A stretch of 64,000 nucleotides of DNA from Octopus vulgaris (taxonomy: Eukaryota): assembly GCA_951406725.2 (NCBI GenBank), contig OX597830.1, forward strand, positions 41,478,001 to 41,542,000, written 5' to 3'. This document shows, one piece after another, positions 53,900 to 64,000 of the stretch. The first letter of the stretch is position 1. Each line of letters begins with the position of its first letter. The translations under genes and the position numbers were made by a program. Under the pieces are notes generated by a model, which saw only the letters and a list, made by a program, of their open reading frames with translations, did not search any database and had not been told where the DNA came from.

Positions 53900-54300
53900 A
53901 GATTTTTGAATCCTCATGCCGCACTTCGAAGACAAACAGCTTCGGAAGTGATACTAAGAAAGGTGCCTGGGCGACCAAAATCCTTCAAGTAACAATTCAA
54001 AACAAAACTTACACTAAAATAGGACGTCTGCACAGTTTGGCGCTACGAGAGTCAAATGTTTCAGCCAAATCACGTCTTGCGTCTCGAGGAAAAGTGAATC
54101 GGCGATAATGGCGTCTGGAAACGATAACCCACGAGAGTGGGCAAACATTGCGCATGTCAGCTCTTCCAGCAGTTTAGTACTTCTCCCTCTGCGCGTGTCT
54201 CGTCTTTCGCTGGGGTTCGACTTTCGTAATTCAACCTCGATAAAACATTTAATCAGAGCGGCAGCAACTGCCGCATCTGACGTGCTTTCTTCGGGGTTAC
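53900..54300. promoter_or_regulatory. CpG-rich promoter segment between divergent BANP and POGLUT2/3
   Basis: Abrupt CpG enrichment in otherwise CpG-poor DNA; YY1-like AATGGCG 54107-54113; NRF1-like TGCGCATG 54149-54156. Confidence 0.7.
54013..54110 (-). other. BANP: Probable non-coding first exon of BANP (5' end approximate)
   Basis: Donor |gtaagt on - strand at 54012 at the edge of the CpG-rich segment; the first coding exon begins at an acceptor, so an upstream exon is required. Confidence 0.55.
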
Positions 54301-55672
54301 ATTGCTTTACCCCCCCATTTTATTTTTTAATTGTCTTAGTTATAGTGCTTCCTCTCTATTCATTACCGATTGTTTTCAAGCATCGTTTTATTTATATTTA
54401 TCAATTAACGACATCGATAAGTAAAGAAGAAAAAAAAAACATTTATTGTGGAAAACAATTAGTCTTGTTATATTATACATCAATTACAGTCATTTTACAG
54501 AAATCTTTCCTCTGCTACTTTTTATCATTTCAGTTCACCAGTTTACACAGCTTCCTCTCTATTCATCTTGATCACAGATTGTTTTCAAGTATCGTTTCAT
54601 TTATATTTACCAATTAATAATATAGGCAAAAAAAAACTACATTTAACGTGAAAAACAGTTATTCTCTTCGTTGTAGCCTATTACAAACTATTTCAGTCGT
54701 TTGACAGAAATCCTTTAAAATCTTTTTTAAAAGTGGCTAAATTCATACATACTTTTTTTAAAAAAGGTCTTGAGGCATTAACAGAAAAAAAATACATTTT
54801 CCTCTATTCAATAAAATATCTTCATAAAAATCTACTTTTTTTTTTTTCTCATTGTGAAATTAGAAATGCTTCCTTTTTTTTTTTTGTTTCTTTCAAAATT
54901 ATATGGTAATAATTTAATTAATCGTTAATTAATTCATTCTTAACACAAATTACTCTGAATACCTCAGATTACTTCTATTATAATCGTCATTTGTTTTATC
55001 ACAATACCGACTGCACGTTATGAATAGAAATATGAAGCGTATAGTTGTGCCGTATTGCGATCTACATTTCGGATTGTTTTTGTTGCTGCCGTTATTTAAC
55101 CCCAGGTCAACCCTGTTCAGGAAGACCTGTGATTAACGACGTTCCAACCATCCAGCCATCCCAGCTTTTATTTTCAGGATTATCACACAGTATATCTTGG
55201 ACCATATGAATTAATGTGTTTCTTTTGTCTAAGACCATATTAGTTTAATTAGTGTCTTTCTTTTATCTTCGACAGCATTAATCGATGTGCCTTTCTTTTT
55301 TAAGACCGGTAGGATGTGATTTGTGGGAGATTGAGCTGTTGTTTCTAACACACGTGTGACTTTGTGGGGACTACCGCGTTGGTTTGTTGTAGTGTTATCG
55401 TAAAGGTGGAGCTTAAACCACCGTAATGTTGATTGGACATGAAAATAAAAGTTTATCACGACTTGGATAGTTTACGTAATTGTCAATGCTTTTCTCCACA
55501 CCCACCACAAAAAAAAAAAAGAAGAATAAAAAATAAACAAACCACTTGCTCTAACTTATAAGCAGCTTATGTGACAGTTAAGAAAACAAAGTACCGTTCA
55601 TTCTCGGTGATGCTCCTGTCCCTGACAACATCTACTTGTAGAACACAAGAGACAACAAACCAAGTTAAAGTG

Positions 55673-55875
55673 ATGATCGGGAAAATATTTTATTTCAAGA
55701 TTTTTCTGTCTTGTTTCCTCGCTATTTTTAATTCAGACTTGTTATGTGTCGATGCCGTTTCGAAAACGAATGTAGACAGAAACAAGACGTTAGTCTGGGG
55801 AATTGGTTTAAGAGCAAATGCCACATTACCAGTGCGGTATTTCTTTATCCAAGCTGTCGATCGGTTTGGACGAAA
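55673..55875 (+). CDS. POGLUT2: Protein O-glucosyltransferase 2/3 (KDELC family), first coding exon: signal peptide plus start of filamin-like domain; rest lies beyond the window
   Basis: MIGKIFYFKIFLSCFLAIFNSDLLCVDA signal peptide, then KTLVWGIGLRANATLPVRYFFIQAVD, matching KDELC1 WGPGL...LPARYFYIQAVD; donor aa|gtaagt. POGLUT2 vs POGLUT3 not resolvable. Confidence 0.88.
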
Positions 55876-58800
55876 GTAAGTATTCATTTATTTACTTAAA
55901 TGTTGTAAACTTATCTGCGCCTATACGTTAAGTATGTTTGAAACTTGTAAGATATGTTGATATGAAACATTAAATTCAGACTGAATAACAGTAAGGAGTT
56001 TCCTAAAATATTACAGGGCTTGTTTTTGATAAGCTATTATAAGCCTGGAACTAATCATCTTTATTTCCTCTCTTTATTTATGGATTTGCTTTCTAGAAAA
56101 ATTCTTTGAAATTTCAATTTTCATTTTTCCTCCAACTTAAATTTCGCGCTAATTACCTTAATTGTTTTTGCTTGTAGTTTTTGTTAATTTTAAGGACACA
56201 GTTTCAACTTCTTTCAATGTTTAATATTACAAGTGAATGTTATTTCAGAATACTTTAGGTACTTGAAAAAGAAAATTGCTTATTAGTGTCAAAATTTACA
56301 TGCACGCTTAGATGACAGTTGCATTAGGATTCGCTAGTCTTAGAAAACATTATACCACTAGATATAAAATTGATAATTCTTCAATGAGAATAGAATGTCT
56401 CAGTGACGAGAAAGAAGTCTTTGCTGTGGCATTAAACATGGAACTACCTTAGTTACTTTAAATCTAACTTTGTATGGTGTTTTCTTCCAGCCACGTTGTT
56501 AATATAGCGGTACAACACATTATAACTTGAAAGGTCAGATTCCGCAAAATCTGACTTCATTCATCTACACTAAATCCTCACAATGGTAATAATTAAGCAG
56601 CCAGAATTGTCTCTTATAAGGAGCTGTCGAAAGGTCCGAGCGTATTATTCTCGACCCATAGACTTCATTTATGCATTATCTTCTTTTTGTTATTCCACGA
56701 TCTTTCTGTCTTTTATTCTGATTCCATCAAAGTTGTATTAATCTTCAGTTCGTTGACATATGTTGTTATAACCTTTATTTTCTTCTTTGTTTTCCTTCAT
56801 AAGCATATTACGATTGAAACATTATCCGAGTGTTTCATTGAATTTTTAAATTAATCAAATAAGTGAGAAGATAAGTTTATTTACTTTGAACATTATTATG
56901 CATGATGAGATAATCACTATAGGAAATTTCAAACTTTATAAAATAAACGTAAGAATTAATAAACAACAATTCTATTTCAATATTATTTTACTGACTGAAA
57001 CCAGTGAAATTAAATTGGATTTTAATTGGCTATAATTTTAACAAGATATTTAAAAACAGTAAAAGGAAAGGCATGACCAACATTTGTACTTATCGAGCCC
57101 TACCTTAAGAAAATTCCCAAGAGTTGTACTATTATCTAAATCCTTGTGGAAAATACTTGAAAACATTTTCCTTTTCCAGATGATCTAATAGTTTTGTTCA
57201 TATTGGGTCCATTGTATTTATATATATACATATGGAATTGATTCGTGTACAATAAAAATCTTTGGAATGATATCTTGTATTAGAATTTGCAGTTATGAAA
57301 AATTGTTTAAAGAACTATTCACTAAATTTAAGAGACTCAAGTTTTCTTTGGCCTAAAAAAGACTTTTCTAGGCCAAAGAAAAAGATGTTGGCAGAGTTTT
57401 GCAATAACTATGACTAACCTTATGACGAAGGAAAAAGGCACAGATTTAGGGGAACAAAAATGGAAAAAACAAAATTGTTCAGAATCGTAATTTCTGTTGT
57501 ATGAAATAGAGGAATACTAATAGATAAAGAAGGCGAGGAAAATACTTCAATCCCTTGCCACTTTTCTTCCCCATAATGTAGCGAAGTCTATTCCAAGACT
57601 CTGCCGAAAAAAAAATCGTTAAGTCTAAAATAACTTTTTAGTAAAAGTACATTACTGTCACACGTGGTCAATATATTTTTAGAAGGGTCCCAACAGATAA
57701 TTTCTAAGGCATAATCAGTTTGAGGGTGGACATCGTTTTAAATATTTTCAACAAAAAGTTTCTGAATGAAAAATTTTTCAGATTAAACTTTTTATTTAAA
57801 AACTTTTGGAAGCAACATGAGCATAGTTCTCCGGTCGGAGATATTTGAAACTTTAGGAATTTCGGTCCCATTCAAGGAGTATTTTGGTATTCAAATTTTC
57901 TGAACCGAACATTTTTAAATAGCGAGTGACGGCTGCATTTCTTTTAACTCCACAAAAACTCCCGTTGGAAATAAAAATTTAGATAATTACTGGCTAGATT
58001 TGTCTGCATTATCAACGTACAAGAAGAAAAGCGAATTACCTTTCACAAGTCTTTTATATACCGTATAAAAGACGAACAAGTACATTAGATACAGCTTTTA
58101 GGTAAAAATGCTTTGAGTGCTTTCAAGAATAAGATTAGCCCATTCAAGCCCAACTTTGCACATAGAACACGAAATGTTTTTTCTTTTGAAACATTTTTAA
58201 TTACGTCTTTTATGTCACTAAATACAATAAATTACAAAAAGTATTGGCCCAAGAAAGCTGCCTTGCTTAACTCCTAATGAAATTTAAACTGAAACTCGAA
58301 CAAGCTTCAACCACAGTTGAGTTTTCTAAAGTTGTGATACTGTTTACTCTTAAAACAATGCTAGAAGCTTGGGAAGTTTTGATGCAAGTTTTTAACCAGT
58401 TTTTCTTGTTTAATTAATTCCAACAATGAATGCAACAAATTATAATTAAATATATATGAATCTGGTGGGTTTTTGTGCATTGGGATGATTTTCAAAAAAA
58501 ACTTTTCCATAGCTGCTTGTTTGAAAAATAAGTTTTCCATATACATTTAAATGTGGTCTTGTGTTTTGATTAAATTGTTTGGATGTATGTAAGCTTGCGG
58601 GATATTTTAAAACTTTCTTAGTTCAGATCCCGCCGAGGTCAAGAGATCAAATATTAAGTACTGGGGCTCGATATAATTCTATTCCATGTGTCAAATTGGG
58701 CCACTTTAAAGAAGTAGATTTTTAATTTAAAAATGGGACTTAAGGAATACCAATTCCTGTTACTTATTTAGAAAAACAGTTTCATGACCTGTTCGTATAT

Positions 58801-60239
58801 AGAATCACTAGAAAAGAAAACGTCTATCAGAAGTTAAATTTATATCATTAGCACGATTAATGAAATCAACTCAGCTACAGAAAAAAATCATTAAAAGCAC
58901 CAACTTTCCTCAACGATTCCACTAAAATTTATTTATTGGAAGCAAACATGTTTTGTTTTCCGATTACCAAAATACCCTTTTGTTAAAGTTTGCTCAATTT
59001 TGTGGATGCTGTAAGGCAGACCATTTATTTAGAAAACTGAGTAAACTGACTTCTCCATTATTTAACACTTTTGAATACAAGAACATAGTAATGTTTATAT
59101 GCCAACAGAATGTGGCAGTCCTATAAAGGACAGAGATTTAAAACAAATATAAGAATAGTTTCTTACATATAGTGATGATGGGGAGTTTAAAGGTAAATAC
59201 GAACATGTTACTTGGCAGTTTGCCGGAGCCTACCGGCAAGTATCTAAAGGGAAATTTGGCAGGGTGGTCGTCGTCCGCTGACATTCGTTGACGTTGCATC
59301 GAAGAAACCAAAGAAAAGGCCAAAAAAAAGGCACTCGACACCAGCGCTGAAGATACCTCCTAAAGGTGGCGGCATGACGTTAAAAACGGTAGAGGAGTAG
59401 GGGCCGAAACAGGGACGTGGTTCCTCCTGATGATGTCCTTAGCCACTGGATCCTATAAAGGAGCTGTTGAGGTAACGAACCACGAAACGTGGTTGGAATT
59501 CCTCGGACCTTTATTAAAGTCGGTCTAAGGCGGGTTGATATCCAGACGGTTTCTTAGCTGTTTTCTCAAATGTCTATAATTTATTAATCACCGATAAAAG
59601 GTGCTTGCTCTCCTCCCCTCCCCCTCTCTCTCCCTGCTTAATACGTTCTTTTAACGCCGCTTTGACATACGCAACTTTTTTTTTGCTCTAATTTTATGAC
59701 TGTGTTCCAACATTGAAGCATTTTTTTTTTAATGACTACTCTTTTCTTGCAGAACATTTAAATTTGAAGTTTAGTAGTTTATATTGAAGCTGTTGCAGTG
59801 ATATCTATTATTGTAGACAGCAGACAGCAGTTTTGGACTTAACTTCAGCTGTGTGTCCCACTCACTCCAACTGTGTTTTCTCATAGCTTTCTGAAATACA
59901 TTTTCGCTGATGTTAATTAGGGTTATATCAAAATTTGTGGCGAAAAATATTTTTGCAGGGGAAAGAAGAGCTTCAGATAATTCATACACGGATTTATTTC
60001 CCCATAACTTTCGAAGAACTGGGGTTTTTTTTAGTTTTTAGTTTTTTTTTACATTTCCAACAAATGCGTTTCAGATGGTGTAGATTACGATTATGCTGGA
60101 ATTATCTTGGCGATTGTAAGACTTTAAAATCTGACGATCAAAGAATTCCTTAGGTGTGACACCCTTTGGAAAAATGTGTATGTATACGAGTGTATACATA
60201 TGTATGTGTAGCTGTGTGTGGATATACATATATGTTTAT

Positions 60240-60497
60240 GGCCCCCGTGCCGGTGGCACATAAAAAGCACCATCCGTCCGTGGCCGTTTGCCAGCTCCGT
60301 CTGGCACCTGTGCGGGTGGCACGTAAAAAACACCCACTACACTCACGGAGTGGTTGGCGTTAGGAAGGGCTTGATTATGTAACCAGAAACACTGCCAGAT
60401 CAGACTGGGCCTGATGCAGCCTTCTGGCTTCACAGACCCCAGTTGAACCGTACAACCCATGCTAGCATGGAAAGTGGACGCTAAATGATGATGATGA
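60240..60497 (+). repeat. (GAT)n-tailed dispersed repeat (LINE 3'-end derived), young copy
   Basis: GGTGGCACGTAAAAA.CACCC...GAGTGGTTGGCGTTAGGAAGGGC...AACCCATGCTAGCATGGAAAG...GATGATGAT; many copies on both strands, e.g. 575-855, 1277-1445, 11066-11375, 12500-12660, 13950-14235, 19990-20180, 25304-25486, 32178-32358, 44762-45070. Confidence 0.85.
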
Positions 60498-60764
60498 TAT
60501 ATATATATCCATCCACCTAGGAACTCTTCCATAATTGTGATTTCTGAAGAGTACAGGGTTACATAATCAAGCTGTTACCTAACATTTTTTTCAGCCCCTG
60601 GTGTGAAACCAATCAGTAAGATTAATCAAAATAATAATATATGCTTTGATATATATCTGCCAGATCAGATTGGAGCCTGGTGCAGCCATCTGACTTGCCA
60701 GTCCTCAGTCAAACCGTCCAATCCATGCCCGCATGGAAAGCGGACGTTAAACAATGATGATATA

Positions 60765-61173
60765 CTCTCTTTTACTCTTTTACTTGTTTCAGTCATTTGA
60801 CTGCGGCCAAGCTGGAGCACCGCCTTTAGTCGAGCAAATCGACCCCGGGACTTATTCTTTGTAAGCCTAGTACTTATTCTATCGGTCTCTTTTGCCGAAC
60901 CGCTAAGTGACAGGGACATAAACACACCAGCATCGGTTGTCAAGCAATGCTGGGGGGGACAAACACAGACACACAAACATATACACACACACTTATATAT
61001 ATATATACATATATACGACAGGCTTCTTTCAGTTTCCGTCTACCAAATCTACTCACAAGGCATTGGTCGGCCCAGGGCTATAGCAGAAGACACTTGCCCA
61101 AGATGCCACGCAGTGGGACTGAACCTGGAACCATGTGGTTGGTTAGCAAGCTACTTACCACACAGCCACTCCT
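60765..61173 (-). mobile_element. tRNA-derived SINE family A (best copy)
   Basis: Head GGAGTGGCTGTGTGGTAAG...GGTTCAGTCCC (A/B-box-like), internal (TA/TG)n, tail GAAACAAGTAAAAGAGTAAAAGAG; decayed copies at about 1920-2230, 8445-8770, 10405-10540, 20375-20720, 27265-27460, 45270-45650, 47750-47900. Confidence 0.8.
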
Positions 61174-61249
61174 TTAATATAATTAAAAACGAAAAGGAGG
61201 GTGGAGATTTATTCCCATCCAAAACTTTTTATTAAAGAAGTTTTCTACA

Positions 61250-62620
61250 GCATATATATTACAATGACCAATGTTTCAGTTGCAGCAACTATACACTGCT
61301 CCATATGCAATTATGCATCCTAGTTGCTGCAATTTCATCAAGGGCCCATCAGTTATGACATTTTCAAAGTGTACTAATTCAAACAAGCTTCTTGTATTAA
61401 TATTAAGTTGAAGGTTATAGTGTTACTTTTTAAATCAAATTGAATTCTGGTCCTTATCCACCTCTACTGGTATTACGGTTGAACCATGGTTTATATAATG
61501 TTCATTCATATTACAATCAATTGTAGCTGTTTTGTTTGCATTTTACTGTATGGAGTACATTATTTATTCAGAGGTAATTCACTTATGTTTGGGTTTATAC
61601 CTTCAATTAACATTGTTGTTATTATTACTAAAATTATTTTACTATTATTTGCAATATTATCATTAATTATCACATTCATTATGTTAACTAGTACAATTAC
61701 TATAGATGGTAATTTGTGTTTCTTTAAATCATTTAAATGCATATTTAATCCAAAGTGGTCTTCTCATAACCTGTTCCTGTCTAGTGTTTATAATGGTATG
61801 TTTCAAAAATAAAATTTGGTACTTTTCCTCTATACAAAGGTTACATCTATTATCATCTATTCTATAAGGTTTTGCTTTACTTATAATTTCCCAGGCAATT
61901 GAGAATAATTTATTATCTTTAAGTGCCCAAATTAACTTACTAAGGCTGGTAGTATTCATTTTGTTCCTATTTCTAAATGAACTTACATGATTGACAATTC
62001 TCTGCTTAATATAACATGATCTAGCTCCTATATATAAATATTCTCTATTCTCTGAGGTAATCTTACATCAGTATACAATATTTTTATACTTACAATCAGA
62101 GCCAAGCAGACAGACTCTGTACTTTGCACAATCGCAACTAATAGTTATAGTATTTCATCACTATCATCCACTTTACCTGCTATAGATGTGATTTTTATAT
62201 TCTCCTGTCTATTTTCTAAGATATTATTCTTCTCCATGTAGACAACATTATGAGTACTTTACCCTTTAAGATCCCTATCCACTACTTCCAGGCCAACTGT
62301 GGAGCTCCATTGGGTTTCATTAATTCCATAGGTTGTCAAACCATAGTTCCTATCCTGATACCCAGCTGTATCACCCATGGTTTGTCTGCTCATGTTGACA
62401 TTGTTGCTATTTATTGATCCATAATTATAATTCTGGTTACTATTATTGCTACTACTCATATCGAAACTTTTAAATTTACTATCGTTGTGTGCAGCTATAA
62501 TTTGTACTAGATTTTTGCTATTACAGAAAGCTAATCTAATCTGATTTTTGTTAAAAATTCTATAGTATCTACTATTTTTGGAAAATTCTTAGTCAATACC
62601 AAATAAAACAATTTCAGTAT
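61250..62620 (-). mobile_element. Penelope-like retroelement, 3' relic (RT thumb + GIY-YIG endonuclease + terminal HHR)
   Basis: YYRIFNKNQIRLAFCNSKNLVQIIAAHN; CDC...C...C..KNIVY*C...YIG...KQRIVNHVSSFRN...TSLSKLIWALK...WEII...CNLCIEEKYQI; in-frame stops. Confidence 0.9.
61264..61349 (-). ncRNA. Degenerate hammerhead motif in Penelope-like terminal region
   Basis: TTGATGA (61341-61335), perfect 12-bp stem II TTGCAGCAACTA/TAGTTGCTGCAA, GAAAC (61277-61273); about 380 nt downstream of the GIY-YIG frame. Confidence 0.65.
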
Positions 62621-64000
62621 ATTGGAAACTAGTGAAATTTGTTTCCAGAAAACAGTTGAATTACTATCAAAAATGTTCAGTGATAAGAGTTCCCTATTTA
62701 TTACTCAATGGGAGCATTGGAATCTAGTTAAAAACAAGGATGAAAATTTTGTCAAGTATGACGGGGCCATAAACAGAATGTGTGAAAGGTTTAAACTGAA
62801 GGAACTAACTCCTGACATGTTTAAGTGCCTCATTTTTGTGCAAGGACTGATCACAAACAAAGATGCGGAGATATGTGCAAGAATTCTCACAAAACTTAAC
62901 AAGCGAACCAGAGTTTAACCTTGCAGACAGTTAGTTGCAGAGGAGTGTCAAAGAATGATAAACTTGTGACAGGACATGAAAAAAAATTGAGAAGGATTTC
63001 TCACAAGTGCAGGCATGTCAACTGGGAAGGAATAAACAAAAAAGACCAAACCCATGCTACGGATGTGGAGCCCTACATTTCAAGGACTGTCCTTTCTAAA
63101 CATGGAAATGTTACAGTTGCCAATAAATAGGACACAAGAGCTCACATTGCAGAGCAAAGTTAGGAAGGTTAAACATAAAAAATTCTAGTTTTCTCAACGG
63201 AAAGTAGAAACAACACGAAAAAGAGGAAATTTGTACATGTAAAAGTAAATGAAATGAATCTTAAATTACAACTAGATACTACTAGCAACATCTCAATTAT
63301 TGATACTGACATGTGGAAAAGAATTGGGAAACCTACATTAAGAAAAACCTCGAAAATTGCACAAGGTGTGACAGGTGATAAACTACACTTCATAGGTGAA
63401 ATGTTGAGCAATATTACATTTTGTGGTAAAATCTGTAGAGTAAAAGTTTTCGTGTTATAAAATGCAACCATTCTGTTCGGTACGGACTGGATAGAATTGT
63501 TTGACTTATGGGACCTCCCCATAAGTCTGTACTGTAGAAAAGTTAATGGCTGATCCACCAGTAAAAATAACTCATCAGATGAATTGAAGAAAAAATCAAA
63601 CTGTCAGATAAATTAGGTATCTGAGGCGTGTTTTCAAATAAATGAAAATGCCATACCTGTGTTCAAACCCAATAGAAGGGTACCTTTTACTGTGATAAAA
63701 CAGGTAGATGAAGGATTACACAGACTAGAGAAAATTGGAATTATTCAAAAAGTGGATTATTCTAAATGGGCAGCACCAATGGTGTGTATTAAAAAACTGA
63801 GCAACAAAATCAGGGTGTGTGCTGATTTTTCTACTGGTTTGATTAAGTGTCTAAAAATGTGCCACTATTCTCTACCTACTCCGGAAGATATTTTTGCAAA
63901 ATTAAACGGTGGCAAGATATTTTCGGAACTGGATCTGTCCAATGTGTACCTTCAAATTAAGGTAGGCAAGAAGTGCTTGAAATTTCTAACAGTGAATATG
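62620..64000 (+). mobile_element. Ty3/Gypsy LTR retrotransposon relic (gag, Zn knuckles, protease, RT start), runs off the window
   Basis: FKCLIFVQGL gag segment; CYGCG..H..C knuckle; LQLDTTSNISII protease; open RT frame from about 63632: PVFKPNRRVPF...WAAPMV..KK....RVCADFSTGL...LPTPEDIFAKLNGGKIFSELDLS; frameshifts and stops upstream. Confidence 0.93.

Noticed and set aside
54040-54210. BANP autoregulatory TCTCGCGAGA site
   Set aside because: Only partial matches (CTACGAGA, TCTCGAG, TGCGCGTG); no full motif seen
54108-54617. 169-aa ATG ORF in the promoter
   Set aside because: No recognisable motif; runs from the CpG patch into an AT-rich duplication; ATGGCG is equally explained as a YY1-like site
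59753-59900. POGLUT2/3 exon 2 after a strong ttgcag acceptor
   Set aside because: Stop after 7 codons in the required phase; no filamin-like sequence
61105-61173. tRNA gene
   Set aside because: A/B-box-like head belongs to a multi-copy SINE; no full cloverleaf

Overview
Eukaryotic, AT-rich, repeat- and microsatellite-dense genomic DNA. The repeat families look like those of Octopus (inference; species not determinable). Three spliced genes were reconstructed by hand from GT-AG sites with consistent reading frames. (1) HIBCH, 3-hydroxyisobutyryl-CoA hydrolase: + strand, 11 exons at 207-15523, first exon outside the window. (2) BANP/SMAR1, a BEN-domain transcription factor: - strand, 13 coding exons at 42327-24199, 561 aa, with a probable non-coding exon 1 near 54.0-54.1 kb. 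(3) The first coding exon of POGLUT2/3 (KDELC): + strand, 55673-55875, divergent from BANP across a CpG-rich promoter region. Mobile relics include two mariner transposases, mariner-, hAT- and piggyBac-type MITEs, two tRNA-type SINE families, RTE-LINE ends, a Penelope-like element (GIY-YIG) and a Ty3/Gypsy gag-pol. The most interesting signal is a set of hammerhead-ribozyme (HHR) motifs. One has an intact catalytic core, lies in BANP sense orientation 1.4 kb past the stop codon, and has a long AT-rich stem II. Several long fold-back hairpins each carry an HHR-like core, two of them with the U3-A8 covariant form. No activity, expression or database match could be tested; all structures were paired by eye.
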